From positions 15,943-79,942 of the forward strand of contig CAVPCQ010000009.1 in NCBI GenBank assembly GCA_963702425.1: a DNA stretch of 64,000 nt, given 5' to 3'. The notes below the pieces were generated by a model. The model did not search any database, was not told the DNA's origin, and saw only the letters and a list, made by a program, of their open reading frames with translations. Positions 11,328 through 21,787 of this stretch are shown here, in pieces (position 1 is the first letter of the stretch; each line of letters starts with the position of its first letter). The DNA is from an uncultured Acidobacteriota bacterium (GTDB lineage Bacteria; Acidobacteriota; Polarisedimenticolia; J045). Position numbers and translations under genes: made by a program.

Positions 11328-12830
11328 ATGAGTACGCTCGCGAGGACCGCCGGCGTGGTGGCGTTGGCCGCCGTGATTTTCGCTTCCGCGTGGGCCGCCG
11401 ATACCCCGCCCCCCGCCAAGCCCACCGTCCCCGCGGCGCCGCGCGCGTCGTTGCGCGAATCGCAGGACCGGCCGGTCCTCGCCTTCGCGCAGGGGCCGGC
11501 CTCGCTGCTTCTGACCCCCGAGGAGGTCCTGGGCTACTCCAAGCTGGTCGACCTCGGGCAGCGACGCGGCTTCATCGAGCGCTTCTGGGCTTCGATGGCG
11601 ACCAACTGCATGCCGGGGACGAACCCGGTGCGCGACCTGTTCTGGCAGCGGGCCGGCGAGGCACTGGCCACCTACGGCGACGAGGGGCTTCCCGGCTGGG
11701 CGACCGACCGCGGGCGGATCTTCCTGCTCGCCGGGGCCCCGGAGCGCGAGGAGTTCTTCGATGCCAAGTCCCCTTGGGGCGACGCCAAGGGGATGGTCTG
11801 GTTCTTCCCCGACCGGCCCGGGGTCCCTCCCGAAGTCTATTTCGTCCAGCAGCGCGGGCGCTGGGTTTACGCCGGATCAGACGAGAAGGGGGGCGCGGCG
11901 CGCCCCGGTTTCCTCGGCCCTCAGCAGTGGGCCAGCACGGTCCAGGGGATGGCGGCGACGTTCCGCCGGCAGGGCTGCGTGCTCACCCCCGAGCAGGCGG
12001 CGGAGCGCGCCAAGGGCGCGTGGCGTGGGACCCTCTACGAGGATGCGGGGAAGGTCCTGGCCGGCGAGAAACCCGTGGTCGCGCAGCCGGTGGAGCCCCA
12101 GGCCTACTTCTTCCCGGCGGAGGGCGACTCGACGCTGATCTGGCTCTCCGTACCGCTCGACGCACCGCTCCCGGCCGGCTCGAAGCTGGTCGCGATGCTG
12201 CGCAACGACGCCGGCGACGACATCGCCTACGCCCTGGGGACCGAAGACTTCCCGTTCGCGGTGCGGCCCTCCGGCGAACGGCAGGTCGGGCTCGCCGCCC
12301 GCCCGCTGCCTCCCGGCCGGTACGCGCTGGTGATCGGCCGCACGGCCGAGGACGGATCGACCACGCTGCTCCACGCCGGCCAGCAGATGGTCGCGCGCCT
12401 GCCGCTCGACACGCTTCGCACCACCAGCGTCGTGCTGGCCCAGGAGGTCAGCGAGATCCCCGCGGGTGCGGCCAAGGATCCGTTCCAGATCGGAATGTGG
12501 AACGTCCTTCCGCGCGCCGACCGCGTGATCAAGCGCGGCGACAAGTTCTGGTTGGTCTACAAGGTGCTCGGGGCAGGGAAGGACGCCTCCGGGCAGAACC
12601 AGCTGCAGGTGACCTACCAGTTCCGCGGTCGGATGCAGCCGGCCGCCCCGTGGCAGCCGATCGGCCAGCCGATCGTCCGGGACCTGACCTCCGACACGAC
12701 CGCGATCGAGTTCCCGACCAGCCCGCAGTGGCCGACGACCGCCGAATACAAGGTCGAGATCCAGGTCGCCGACAAGCTCGCGGGCGGGGCGCCGTTCAAG
12801 ATGGAAGTCCCCTTCACGGTCAAGCCGTGA
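11328..12830 (+). CDS. GWxTD domain-containing exported protein
   Basis: signal peptide, FIERFW, GWATDRGRIFLLAGAP. Confidence 0.88.
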   Translation: MSTLARTAGVVALAAVIFASAWAADTPPPAKPTVPAAPRASLRESQDRPVLAFAQGPASLLLTPEEVLGYSKLVDLGQRRGFIERFWASMATNCMPGTNPVRDLFWQRAGEALATYGDEGLPGWATDRGRIFLLAGAPEREEFFDAKSPWGDAKGMVWFFPDRPGVPPEVYFVQQRGRWVYAGSDEKGGAARPGFLGPQQWASTVQGMAATFRRQGCVLTPEQAAERAKGAWRGTLYEDAGKVLAGEKPVVAQPVEPQAYFFPAEGDSTLIWLSVPLDAPLPAGSKLVAMLRNDAGDDIAYALGTEDFPFAVRPSGERQVGLAARPLPPGRYALVIGRTAEDGSTTLLHAGQQMVARLPLDTLRTTSVVLAQEVSEIPAGAAKDPFQIGMWNVLPRADRVIKRGDKFWLVYKVLGAGKDASGQNQLQVTYQFRGRMQPAAPWQPIGQPIVRDLTSDTTAIEFPTSPQWPTTAEYKVEIQVADKLAGGAPFKMEVPFTVKP

Positions 12831-12906
12831 GCCGGGGCGCCGGGTGCCGGCCAGCCTGGCCGGCCGGGCGATGGGAGAAGCGCGCGACGCGAGGAGAGAG
12901 GACGAC

Positions 12907-13173
12907 ATGACTGACGACGCACCGGGCGCGTGGCACTGCAGCCGCTGCGGTAACGCGGGAGAGCGCCTTCCCTTGCCGCCGTGGCCGGGAGCGCTTGGCC
13001 GCCGCGTGCTGGACACGATCTGCAGGGGCTGCTGGGACGAGTGGATGTCGGTGCAGACGAAGATCATCAACGAATACCGGCTCAACGTGCTGGATCCCGG
13101 GGCCTCGGCTTCGATCAAGGAGCAGATGCAGATCTTCCTCGGTTTCAAGGAACCGGAGCCGCGCGCGGAGTAG
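12907..13173 (+). CDS. yggX: Fe(II)-trafficking / oxidative damage protection protein YggX
   Basis: PWPGALGRRVLDTICRGCWDEW...QTKIINEYRLN. Confidence 0.9.
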   Translation: MTDDAPGAWHCSRCGNAGERLPLPPWPGALGRRVLDTICRGCWDEWMSVQTKIINEYRLNVLDPGASASIKEQMQIFLGFKEPEPRAE

Positions 13174-13449
13174 CGTGACGATCCTCCGGGGCGTGAGCGA
13201 CGAAATGCAAAATCGTGCGGTGAATATGCAGCACGAAGTGGATTCGACCACGCCTGACACGCGGGTGATCCGGCTAGCCTGCTCCACAGATCCTCTAAGT
13301 AAGGAAGCGTGCCACGCCCGGGTCCCCCTCCCCCTAACCCGGCCGGCGGCGCTTCCAAGACGTTCCGCGTTCCAGGCCCTCCGGTGTGCTTCTCCCCGAA
13401 GCCCCGCCGGAGGGTCGCTTTCTTTCTGCGCCAGACGGGCGACCTGCGC

Positions 13450-14655
13450 ATGAAGGGCGACCCGCAGATCGTGCGCAAGGGCTTCGGCCTGAAGCAGGAG
13501 ATCGCCGGGCAGCTCTCGTCCGACTACGCGTCGGAGCTCGTCGACCGCGCGCGCGCCGCCGACTACCGCCTGGTCTGGCCGGGGCTCGCGGTGCGGATCG
13601 CCAAGGAGTTCGGTTTCTGCTACGGCGTGGAGCGGGCGATCGACTACGCCTACGAGACGCGCAAGAAGTTCCCCGACCGGCGACTCTTCCTGACCGGCGA
13701 GATCATCCACAACCCGCGCGTCAACCTCCGGCTGCGCGAGATCGGCTACCAGTTCCTCGACGGCTCGTACGGCTCCGTGATGAGTCATCGCGACCTGACG
13801 CCGGACGATATCGTGCTGCTGCCCGCCTTCGGGGTGACGACCGGCATGCTCGACGAGCTGAAGCAGGTCGGCTGCCTGCTGGTCGATACGACCTGCGGCT
13901 CGGTGCTGAACGTCTGGCGCAACGTCGAGAAGTACGCGCGGGACGGCTTCACCTGCCTGATCCACGGCAAGTGGAAGCACGAGGAGACGCGTGCCACCGC
14001 GAGCCGCGCCCTGATCTACGCTACGGGCCGGTACCTCGTGGTGCTCGACATGCTCGAGACCGAGCAGGTCTGCCGCTACATCCGCGGCGAGGGGGACCGG
14101 GCGGAGTTCCTCGCACGCTTCGCCAACGCGGTCTCGGCCGGCTTCGACCCCGCGCTCCACCTCGACCGGATCGGGATGGCGAACCAGACGACGATGCTCT
14201 CGACCGAGTCGATGGCGATCGCGAACCGGGTGCGCGACGCGATGCGCGTGCGCTACGGCGAGCAGGACCTGGCGGCTCGCTTCCGGAGCTTCGACACGAT
14301 CTGCTCCGCGACCCAGGACCGACAGGACGCAGTCAAGGCGCTGCTCGCCGACCCGCCGCAGCTGATGATCGTCATCGGGGGGTTCAACTCCTCGAACACC
14401 GGGCACCTGACCGAGATGTGCGCCGAGCGGGTGCCGACGTTCCACATCGAGGAAGCCGGCCACATCGAGACCGGCGAGCGGATCGTCCACCTGCCGGTCG
14501 CGGCCCGGACACCGGTCGTCGCTGAGGGGTGGTGGCCGGCCGACGTGATCGACATCGGGATCACGGCCGGGGCTTCGACCCCGGACCGCGAGATCGGGCG
14601 GGTGATCGAGCGGTTGCTGCAGATCCGGGGGATCGCGGACGGCACGCCGGGCTGA
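13450..14655 (+). CDS. ispH: 4-hydroxy-3-methylbut-2-enyl diphosphate reductase
   Basis: FGFCYGVERA, IIHNP, DTTC, HEET, NQTTM, DTICSATQDRQ, GGFNSSNT, TAGASTP. Confidence 0.96.
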   Translation: MKGDPQIVRKGFGLKQEIAGQLSSDYASELVDRARAADYRLVWPGLAVRIAKEFGFCYGVERAIDYAYETRKKFPDRRLFLTGEIIHNPRVNLRLREIGYQFLDGSYGSVMSHRDLTPDDIVLLPAFGVTTGMLDELKQVGCLLVDTTCGSVLNVWRNVEKYARDGFTCLIHGKWKHEETRATASRALIYATGRYLVVLDMLETEQVCRYIRGEGDRAEFLARFANAVSAGFDPALHLDRIGMANQTTMLSTESMAIANRVRDAMRVRYGEQDLAARFRSFDTICSATQDRQDAVKALLADPPQLMIVIGGFNSSNTGHLTEMCAERVPTFHIEEAGHIETGERIVHLPVAARTPVVAEGWWPADVIDIGITAGASTPDREIGRVIERLLQIRGIADGTPG

Positions 14656-14669
14656 GCGAGCGCGCGGCG

Positions 14670-16340
14670 CTACGCGAGCCCCCGCTCCACCCGCGCCAGC
14701 GCCGCGTCGCTGCGGCTCCGCGCCGCGTCCAGCGCCGCGTCGAGCCGGGCGAGCCAGGCGGTGCGTTCCGATGCGTCGGGCAGGCCCGGGAGGTTGATCC
14801 GCACGTTGAGCGCGGCCCCCTCGGCGGCGGACCGGGCGCACCAGGCGGCGACGCCGACGTCGGACATCGCGGCCGTCATCCCGATCGTGGCGACCTGCTC
14901 CACGAGCGCCCCGAGCGCGGCCGCGGCCTCCGCGACCGACAGCGGGACCTCGATCGCGCGCCGCGTCGCGGCCACGATGGCCGCCTCGCGCGCCGCCTGC
15001 TGCGCCTCGGTCGCCTTCGGCAGGCGGCGCGCGGCGACGATCCCGTCGAACGCCGCGCTGTCGTCGTCGATCGCGACCAGGAGCCGGTCTTTCAGTGTCT
15101 GGGCCTCGCTTCCGAGCGACTCCAGCGCGGCGCGGCGCGCCGCATCGGCCCCACCGTGGGTCAGCGCGGCGACCATCGCGGCCAGGCCCCCGGCCAGCGC
15201 GCCGGCCAGTGCCGAGACCGAGCCGCCGCCGGGCGCCGGGGTCGAACGCGACAGCTCGTCGGCGAAGCCGACGAGCGAGCGGCCGGAAAGGCCCCGCTCG
15301 CGCGGCGCGAGGCGGTACTCGATGACCGCGCTCGCCGGGTCGAAGGGCTTGACGTCGTCGAGCCCGAGGCTGGTGCGCGCCGCGCGCACGAGGTCGGGTT
15401 CCGGCACGGCGGGGCTCTTCCCCTGGACGGCGAGATAGTGCCGCCCGGCCGCGAGCAGCGCGTCGAGCGGGATCAGCCCGACCAACTCGGAGCCGGTGAC
15501 GCGCAGGCCGCGGGCCCGCGCCTCCTCGCGCACGACGTCGAAGGCGACGTGCGGCGGGGTGACCGTGAAGTCGAGCAGGTTGATCGAGACCTGCGCCCGC
15601 CCGAACTCCGGGATGAACCAGCCGACCGCGCGGACCGCGGGAAGGCGGCCCGGCTTCAGTACGTCGTTGCCGGAAGCGTCCTTGAGGAACTTCCCGTCCG
15701 GTCCGCGGGCCTTGCGCCCCTGCTCGCGGATCTCGAGCGCGATCTCGTGGGCCAGCTTTCTGTCGTCGGTGTTGAGGTCGACGTTGTAGGCGATCAGGAA
15801 CGGCCGCGCGCCGACGACGGTCGCCCCGGACCGCGGATCGAACTCGGCACGGCCGAAGTCGGGCGCCCAGTCCGGGTCCGCCAACCGGGCGGCCAGCCCC
15901 TCGTATTCGCCCTTGCGGATCTCGGCCAGCGACTGCCGCGCGGGGCGCGTCGCCGCGCGCTCGTAGAGGTAGACCGGGATCGCGAGTTCCTCGGCGATCC
16001 GCCGGCCGACCGCGCGCGCCAGCGCGACGCAATCGTCCATCGTCGCCCCGCCCCCGACCGGCACGAAGGGGACGACGTCGACCGCGCCGATCCGCGAGTG
16101 GGCTCCGTGGTGGGCGCGCATGTCGATCAGCCGGGTCGCGCTCGCGGCCAGCCGGAAGGCAGCCTCACCGACCGCGTCGGGCGCGCCGACGAAGGTGAAG
16201 ACCGTGCGGTTCGTCTCGGCTCCCGGATCGACGTCGAGCAGTTCGACCCCGGGGACCTCGCGGACCGCCGCGGCGACGGCGTCGAGGACCGCGCGATCGC
16301 GCCCCTCGGAGATGTTCGGTACGCATTCGATGACTTTCAC
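14670..16340 (-). CDS. ftcd: bifunctional glutamate formimidoyltransferase / formiminotetrahydrofolate cyclodeaminase
   Basis: IECVPNISEGRD, IDMRAHHGAHSRIGAVDVVPF, PAPGGGSVSAL, LNVRINL; GTG start at 16340. Confidence 0.93.
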   Translation of the reverse strand: MKVIECVPNISEGRDRAVLDAVAAAVREVPGVELLDVDPGAETNRTVFTFVGAPDAVGEAAFRLAASATRLIDMRAHHGAHSRIGAVDVVPFVPVGGGATMDDCVALARAVGRRIAEELAIPVYLYERAATRPARQSLAEIRKGEYEGLAARLADPDWAPDFGRAEFDPRSGATVVGARPFLIAYNVDLNTDDRKLAHEIALEIREQGRKARGPDGKFLKDASGNDVLKPGRLPAVRAVGWFIPEFGRAQVSINLLDFTVTPPHVAFDVVREEARARGLRVTGSELVGLIPLDALLAAGRHYLAVQGKSPAVPEPDLVRAARTSLGLDDVKPFDPASAVIEYRLAPRERGLSGRSLVGFADELSRSTPAPGGGSVSALAGALAGGLAAMVAALTHGGADAARRAALESLGSEAQTLKDRLLVAIDDDSAAFDGIVAARRLPKATEAQQAAREAAIVAATRRAIEVPLSVAEAAAALGALVEQVATIGMTAAMSDVGVAAWCARSAAEGAALNVRINLPGLPDASERTAWLARLDAALDAARSRSDAALARVERGLA

Positions 16341-17308
16341 GGGCGGGACTCCTCCGAGCGCGTGATGGCGTCGGCGATCAGCGCGCAGGATCGGACCGCG
16401 GCGACCCCTTCCTCGAGCGGGATCGGCGACGGCTGGCCGGCGGCGAGCGCCGCGACGAAGGCCCGCAGCACCTCGCGCACGGTCGGCACCGGCTCGGCGA
16501 CCGGGAGCGGCCGGCGCGCGTGTCCTTCGAGCTCGAACAGGAAGCCGTGGACGAAGTCGCCGACCAGTTGGCGCTCGCTCCCGGCGACCTCGATCCGTCC
16601 GCTGCGGCCGCGCCCGGCGCGGCTGTTGTCGAGCGTGGCGATCACGTCTCCGGGCGTCAGTCGGAGCGTCGCCGCGAACAGGTCGTGGGTGACGCGGTGG
16701 TGCACGCGGCGGGCGAAGGCCTGCGCCGCAGCGACCTCGGTGCCCGTGAGAAAGCGCAGCACGTCGATCCCGTGGACGCCAGTGTTGAGGACCGGGCCGC
16801 CCTCGGACGGCTCGTCGAGCCACGCGCGGCCGGTGCGCTCGAGGCGCTGGTTGATCGCCACGAGGTGCAGCTCACCGGCGCGCGGCATCGCCGCCGCGAG
16901 CGCGCGGATCACGCTGTTGAAGCGCAGCGTGTTGGCGATCATCGCCGGCACCCCGGCCTGCCGGGCCACCTCGACCGCGCGACGGGCCTCGGCCTCGCTG
17001 GCCGCCAGCGGCTTCTCGACCAACACCGCCTTCCGCGCCGCCGCCGCGGCCTCGACCGCACCCGGGTGGCGCGACGGCGGGAGCGCGGCCACCACCAGGT
17101 CGACCGCCGGGTCGCCGGCGAGCGCATCGAGCGAATCGTGGTAGACGAGGCCGCGGATCCCGGCCCACGCCCGTCCCTCGTCGTGCCGGCGCCGGTGCAC
17201 GGCAACGAGCCGCGCTCCCGGCACGTCGCCGGCGAGCAGGTGCTGGGCGTAACGGATGCCGTGGCGGCCGAGTCCGGCCAGCCCGATTCCGAGCGTCTCG
17301 TGCGGCAT
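16337..17308 (-). CDS. Gfo/Idh/MocA family oxidoreductase
   Basis: GLAGLGRHG, VLVEKPLA, GVHGID. Confidence 0.9.
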   Translation of the reverse strand: MPHETLGIGLAGLGRHGIRYAQHLLAGDVPGARLVAVHRRRHDEGRAWAGIRGLVYHDSLDALAGDPAVDLVVAALPPSRHPGAVEAAAAARKAVLVEKPLAASEAEARRAVEVARQAGVPAMIANTLRFNSVIRALAAAMPRAGELHLVAINQRLERTGRAWLDEPSEGGPVLNTGVHGIDVLRFLTGTEVAAAQAFARRVHHRVTHDLFAATLRLTPGDVIATLDNSRAGRGRSGRIEVAGSERQLVGDFVHGFLFELEGHARRPLPVAEPVPTVREVLRAFVAALAAGQPSPIPLEEGVAAVRSCALIADAITRSEESRP

Positions 17309-17423
17309 GATGAGGTTCCCGGCGCGTGACCCCGTGGGGGAAGGCCGCGGCACTCTACCACGCGGTCTCGCTCCGGTTCTTCATGGGTGATCCGGTTCGC
17401 CCCGGCGGCGCCGGGGTTCGGGA

Positions 17424-18620
17424 TCAGCGACCGAACAGGCCGATCAGCTTGGAGGTGGCGCGGAAGAGCAGCCCCGGTCCTTCCTTGGCCTCGCTCACGG
17501 CACCCGTGGCGTCCGCCGCGGGCTTCCCCGGGGTGCCGCCCGCGGGGCTCGGCGCCGTTGCGGGTGCCGGCGCGGGCGGTGCCGGCGGGTTGAGGCGCGC
17601 CTGGAGCCGGTCGGTCATCTCGGCCAGGTAGCGCCGCCAGGTCAGCAGGCGGCGGGCGGCCTCGCGGTCGTTCCCGCCCGACTCGACCGCGCGCGTCAGC
17701 GCCTGCTCGGCGCGTGCTTCGACCAGCGCGAGGATCCGCCGATCGTGCTCGAGCGCCGCGCGGTCGCCCTGCGGCAGATCGCGCCGCACCAGCGAGCAGG
17801 CGGCCCAGATCTCGAGGTAGAGCGGGTCGCCGGGCCGCGCCTTGCCCTCTCGCGCCGCACCGAGCAGCGAGACCGCGTCGTCGAGCGGCGGTGGCTCCTG
17901 GTGCGCGTTGCGCGCCGCGTCGCCGCGTGCGACCTCGACCAGCGCAGCAGCAGCGCGGGCCAGGTCGGCCTCGCCGGTCAGTTCGAGTGGGTCGGGCAGC
18001 AGTGCAAGCCCCGCGGCGATCGCTTCGCCACCGCGCGGGGTCGGGGCCGACTGCAGCATGAAGCGGATCTCGCCGGCGACCTCGGCCAGCCGCGACCACT
18101 CGTGGGCGCGGGTGGCCAGCGCCAGGGCGTCGAGCGGGGCGTCCGGGCCCTGCCGCCGCAGCCGGCGCATCCGCTGGCGCACGGCGACGGAGCGCGTCAA
18201 CGCGTCACGCAGCCCCAGGTCGGGGACCTGGTTCCTCGAACCGAGCAGCCGTGCGAGGTCGCGCACCTCAATTGGCGCCGGGTCGGGCCAGAGCCTCGCC
18301 CCGATCTGTTCGGTGAAGGTGATGCTTCCGACCGGCAGCGACCCCAGCACGAGGTCGAGCGCCTCGAGCGCCGCGCTCTTCGCGCGTCCCTGCGGCGTCG
18401 GCATCTCCGCCGACTCCGAGCCGACCGCGATCGTCCCGCGGGGGATGGCCGCGCGGCGCGACGGCAGCGGGAGGGCGTCGGTGTTCTCCACTTCGGCCGC
18501 GGGCGGGGCGAGGCGGGACCCCGGAAGGCCGGAGCCGCCCGGGCGCAGAGCGGGCTTGGCCGGCCGCGGCGTCACGCCGGCACCGATCGTCTCCCGCCAG
18601 TATTTCTTCGAGTCGGCCAT
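17424..18620 (-). CDS. hypothetical protein with helical core and disordered termini
   Basis: ORF from MADSKKYW fills the gap between genes; helical composition. Confidence 0.7.
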   Translation of the reverse strand: MADSKKYWRETIGAGVTPRPAKPALRPGGSGLPGSRLAPPAAEVENTDALPLPSRRAAIPRGTIAVGSESAEMPTPQGRAKSAALEALDLVLGSLPVGSITFTEQIGARLWPDPAPIEVRDLARLLGSRNQVPDLGLRDALTRSVAVRQRMRRLRRQGPDAPLDALALATRAHEWSRLAEVAGEIRFMLQSAPTPRGGEAIAAGLALLPDPLELTGEADLARAAAALVEVARGDAARNAHQEPPPLDDAVSLLGAAREGKARPGDPLYLEIWAACSLVRRDLPQGDRAALEHDRRILALVEARAEQALTRAVESGGNDREAARRLLTWRRYLAEMTDRLQARLNPPAPPAPAPATAPSPAGGTPGKPAADATGAVSEAKEGPGLLFRATSKLIGLFGR

Positions 18621-18690
18621 GCGCGCCCCGGTTCGAATGTCGTCGCCCGGGGGGGCCGGGGCAACCCCGGCCTTTTGATAGCATCGGCGG

Positions 18691-20004
18691 GTGGGGCCGG
18701 TCTTTCTGATCCTGGTCGTCGTTTCCGTCCTGGCCGGGGTCTGGACGGGCCGGATGCAGGAATTGACCGAAGCCTCGATCGCCGGGGCGGGACAGGCGGT
18801 CGAGCTGGCGATCGGCCTGGTCGGGATGATGACCCTCTGGCTCGGCCTGACCGAGGCGCTGCGCCGGGCCGGGCTGGTCGAGGCCCTCGCCCGCGGGCTT
18901 CGCCCAGTCTTCCGGAGGCTCTTTCCCGGGGTTCCCGACGGCCACCCGGCGCTCGGCGCGATGACCCTCAACATGGGGGCGAACCTGCTCGGCCTCTCCA
19001 ACGCCGCGACCCCCTTCGGGATCGAGGCGATGCGCCAGCTCGACCGGCTCAACGGCCGCCCGGGGACGATCACCGACGCGCAGGCCCTGTTCCTGGCGAT
19101 CAACACCGCCGGGGTCTCCCTGCTCCCGCTGGGGGCGATGGCGGTGCGGGCGCAGCTCGGATCGCGGGACCCGGCCGGGATCCTCGGGCCGACCCTGATC
19201 GCGACCGTCCTCTCGACGCTGGTCGCGGTCGCGACGGCGCTGGTGCTCGCGCGGCTGCCGCGGTTCCGGAGGAGCGCGCCGCCGCCGGCCTCGGGCGCAG
19301 ATGGGGAGGGGAGCGCCGGCCCCGCCGAGGCGGAGGGCGCTGCGAGCGCCACCGCAGCGCCGCCGTCTCGGGCCGCGGGCTGGCGCGGGCCGGCCGCGTG
19401 GACGGTGATGGCCGCCGCTTCTGCCGGGGCCGCGCTGGCGCTGGCGCGCCTCGCGTCCGCCGACGGCAGCGCCGTGGCGTGGCGCTACGGCGTGTCCTGG
19501 TTGCCGTTGCCGCTGCTGATCCTGGCCGCGGTGCTCTACGCCTGGTCCCGCGGCGTGCCGGTCTACGCGGCGGTCGTCGACGGCGGGAAGGAGGGGTTCC
19601 AGGTCGCGGTGCGGATCATCCCGTTCATGGTCGCGATCCTGACCGTGGCAGCGATGTTCCGGGCCTCCGGTGCGCTCTCCGCGCTCGAGTGGCTGCTGGC
19701 TCCGCTCACCGGGCCGCTCGGCTTCCCGGCGGCGGCGATCCCGATGGCGCTGATGCGGCCGCTCTCGGGCTCCGGCGCGCTGGCGATCATGAGCGACGCG
19801 ATGAAGGCGCACGGCCCCGACAGCTTCGTCGGCTACCTCGTCTCGACGATCCAGGGCTCGAGCGAGACGACCTTCTACGTGCTCGCGGTCTACGGCGGGG
19901 CGGTCGGGCTGGCCCGCACGCGCCACGCAATCCCCGCCTGCCTGGCCGGCGACCTCGCCGGGACGCTGGGGGCGCTGGTCGCGGTGCGGCTGCTGCTCGG
20001 CTGA
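18691..20004 (+). CDS. fused SpmA/SpmB family membrane protein (nucleoside recognition Gate domains)
   Basis: ANLLGLSNAATPFGIEAM, FLAINT, MRPLSGSGA, GSSETTFYVLAVY. Confidence 0.92.
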   Translation: MGPVFLILVVVSVLAGVWTGRMQELTEASIAGAGQAVELAIGLVGMMTLWLGLTEALRRAGLVEALARGLRPVFRRLFPGVPDGHPALGAMTLNMGANLLGLSNAATPFGIEAMRQLDRLNGRPGTITDAQALFLAINTAGVSLLPLGAMAVRAQLGSRDPAGILGPTLIATVLSTLVAVATALVLARLPRFRRSAPPPASGADGEGSAGPAEAEGAASATAAPPSRAAGWRGPAAWTVMAAASAGAALALARLASADGSAVAWRYGVSWLPLPLLILAAVLYAWSRGVPVYAAVVDGGKEGFQVAVRIIPFMVAILTVAAMFRASGALSALEWLLAPLTGPLGFPAAAIPMALMRPLSGSGALAIMSDAMKAHGPDSFVGYLVSTIQGSSETTFYVLAVYGGAVGLARTRHAIPACLAGDLAGTLGALVAVRLLLG

Positions 20005-20092
20005 GCGGCCCGCCTTTCCGCGGGCCGGTGGGCCGCGCCGCACGGCCTCTCCGCCGCACGAAACCTATATTGGCGGTCGGAAGGTGAGAAGG

Positions 20093-21652
20093 ATGGAAGC
20101 CGTTCGCCACCGTTCGCGAGCCGCCGCGCTCGCCCTGTGTCTCGTCGTCGCCGCCTCGGCCGCGGTGCGCGCGGCGGAGGCTCCGCCGCTCAGCGCCCTC
20201 GCCGAGCGCGCGCGCGGTTCCGTCGTGGAGATCCTCGGCGCGATCGAGGGCAGCGACGAGACCTCGTACGGAACGGGTTTCGTCGTGCGCGAGAAGAGCC
20301 TGGTGCTGACCAACGCCCACGTCGTGCGCGGCGTGAAGAAACCCCTGGTCCGGACGAGGGACGGCGCGACCTACGCCTCGGTGCGCGTGATCGACAGCGA
20401 CGACGCGCTCGACCTGGCGCTGCTGCGCGTGGTCGGGCTGGGCCTCGAGCCGCTGCCGATCTCGGCGGTGCCGCTGGCGCCGGTCGGGACCGAGGTGGTC
20501 GCGGTCGGTCACCCGCGCGGCTACGAGTTCACCGTCTCGGCCGGGATCGTCTCCGCGACGCGGACGCTGAAGGACCACGGGATCGAGATGCTCCAGACCA
20601 CCGCGCCGATCAGCCCCGGCAGCTCCGGCGGTCCGCTGCTCGACCGCGAGGGCAAGGTGGTCGGCGTCTGCTCGCTGACGCTGGCCGAGGGGCAGAACAT
20701 CAACTTCGCGGTGCCGGCGCGGGAGGTCGGGCCGTTCCTGGAGCGCGGCCTGGCGATCGAGCGCGCGCTGACCGCCGGGACGGCCGGCGACACGGGCGCG
20801 CTGCCGCCCGACGGGCTGGCGCGGCTGGTCCGCAAGCACCGCGACGAAGGGGACTTGGTGCGCGCGGCCGACCTGGCGCGCACGTCGCTGGCGCGTCACC
20901 CGCAGAGCCTCGCCCTGCTCGTCGAAGCGGCCGAGGTAGCCTGGTCGCAGGGGCGCTTCCCGGAGGTCAAGGCGCTGCTCGCGCAGATCGACGGCGTGAA
21001 GCCCGGCTATCCCGCGGCGCGCCAGATCGGCGGCGCGCTGGCGGCGCAGGACGGCGACTGCGAGCGCGCGGTGCGCGAGTCCGACGCGGCGCTCGCCGCG
21101 GGGCTGGACATCGAGCGCGCGGGCGAGGCGCACGCCGTGCTGGCGGAGTGCCTGGGCCGGCTCGGGCGCACGGGCGACGCGCTGGCCCACGTCGACCAGG
21201 CGCTGGCGGTCGGGAGGATCGCCGATCTTCCCGACTATCACGCACTGCGGGCCTTCCTGCTGCAGGCGCTCGGGAAGGCCGACGAGGCCGACCGGGCGGC
21301 CGTCGACGCGCTGGTCGCGGCGAACTGGGACCCGCTCGTCGTGGCGGCGCTGCGCGAGCGCGGGCTGCCGCGGCTGGTCGAGGTGGTGTCGCAGCGCACG
21401 GTCAACGCCAACGGCGTGCTGACGGTGGAGGGGGTCGTGCGCAACCGCGGGCCGGTGGCGCTGCGCGAGGTCGAGCTGACGGCCGAGGGAACCGACGCCG
21501 CCGGGACGATCGTGGCCTCGGGGTCCGCGAAAGCGGCGCCGGGACGGCTGGTGCCCGGGCAGACCGGGTCGTTCCGGATCGCGCTCGGCGGCGCACCAGA
21601 CGCCGTCAAGGACATCGTCGTCCGCGTCGTCGACTTCCAGGGGCAGCCGTAG
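20093..21652 (+). CDS. exported trypsin-like (S1C) serine protease with TPR region and C-terminal beta-sandwich (FxLYD-like)
   Basis: GTGF, TNAHVV, DLALL, ISPGSSGGPL; no PDZ; VEGVVRNRG...G C-terminal domain. Confidence 0.88.
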   Translation: MEAVRHRSRAAALALCLVVAASAAVRAAEAPPLSALAERARGSVVEILGAIEGSDETSYGTGFVVREKSLVLTNAHVVRGVKKPLVRTRDGATYASVRVIDSDDALDLALLRVVGLGLEPLPISAVPLAPVGTEVVAVGHPRGYEFTVSAGIVSATRTLKDHGIEMLQTTAPISPGSSGGPLLDREGKVVGVCSLTLAEGQNINFAVPAREVGPFLERGLAIERALTAGTAGDTGALPPDGLARLVRKHRDEGDLVRAADLARTSLARHPQSLALLVEAAEVAWSQGRFPEVKALLAQIDGVKPGYPAARQIGGALAAQDGDCERAVRESDAALAAGLDIERAGEAHAVLAECLGRLGRTGDALAHVDQALAVGRIADLPDYHALRAFLLQALGKADEADRAAVDALVAANWDPLVVAALRERGLPRLVEVVSQRTVNANGVLTVEGVVRNRGPVALREVELTAEGTDAAGTIVASGSAKAAPGRLVPGQTGSFRIALGGAPDAVKDIVVRVVDFQGQP

Positions 21653-21674
21653 GAGCCGACCTCCGTGCCGGCCC
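21649..21674 (+). repeat. GTAG-type REP-like palindrome (degenerate copy)
   Basis: GTAGGAGCCGACCTCCGTGCCGGCCC, 2 mismatches to the consensus copies. Confidence 0.75.
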
Positions 21675-21787
21675 GACAGCAGGCACGGATCGTCCCGCAA
21701 CCCGCCCGCGTCCTCCTCAGCGGTGTAACCTGTCTGCGCGCCCTCACGCGACCGCGGGCGCCGACCGCCCCGGTGGAGACGGCACCC

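Noticed and set aside
12820-16032. very long alternative-frame ORFs (e.g. 12820-16032, 5801-8707, 40999-43923, 52725-55166)
   Set aside because: Arg/Pro/Gly-rich or antisense shadows of recognised genes, expected from stop-codon scarcity at very high GC
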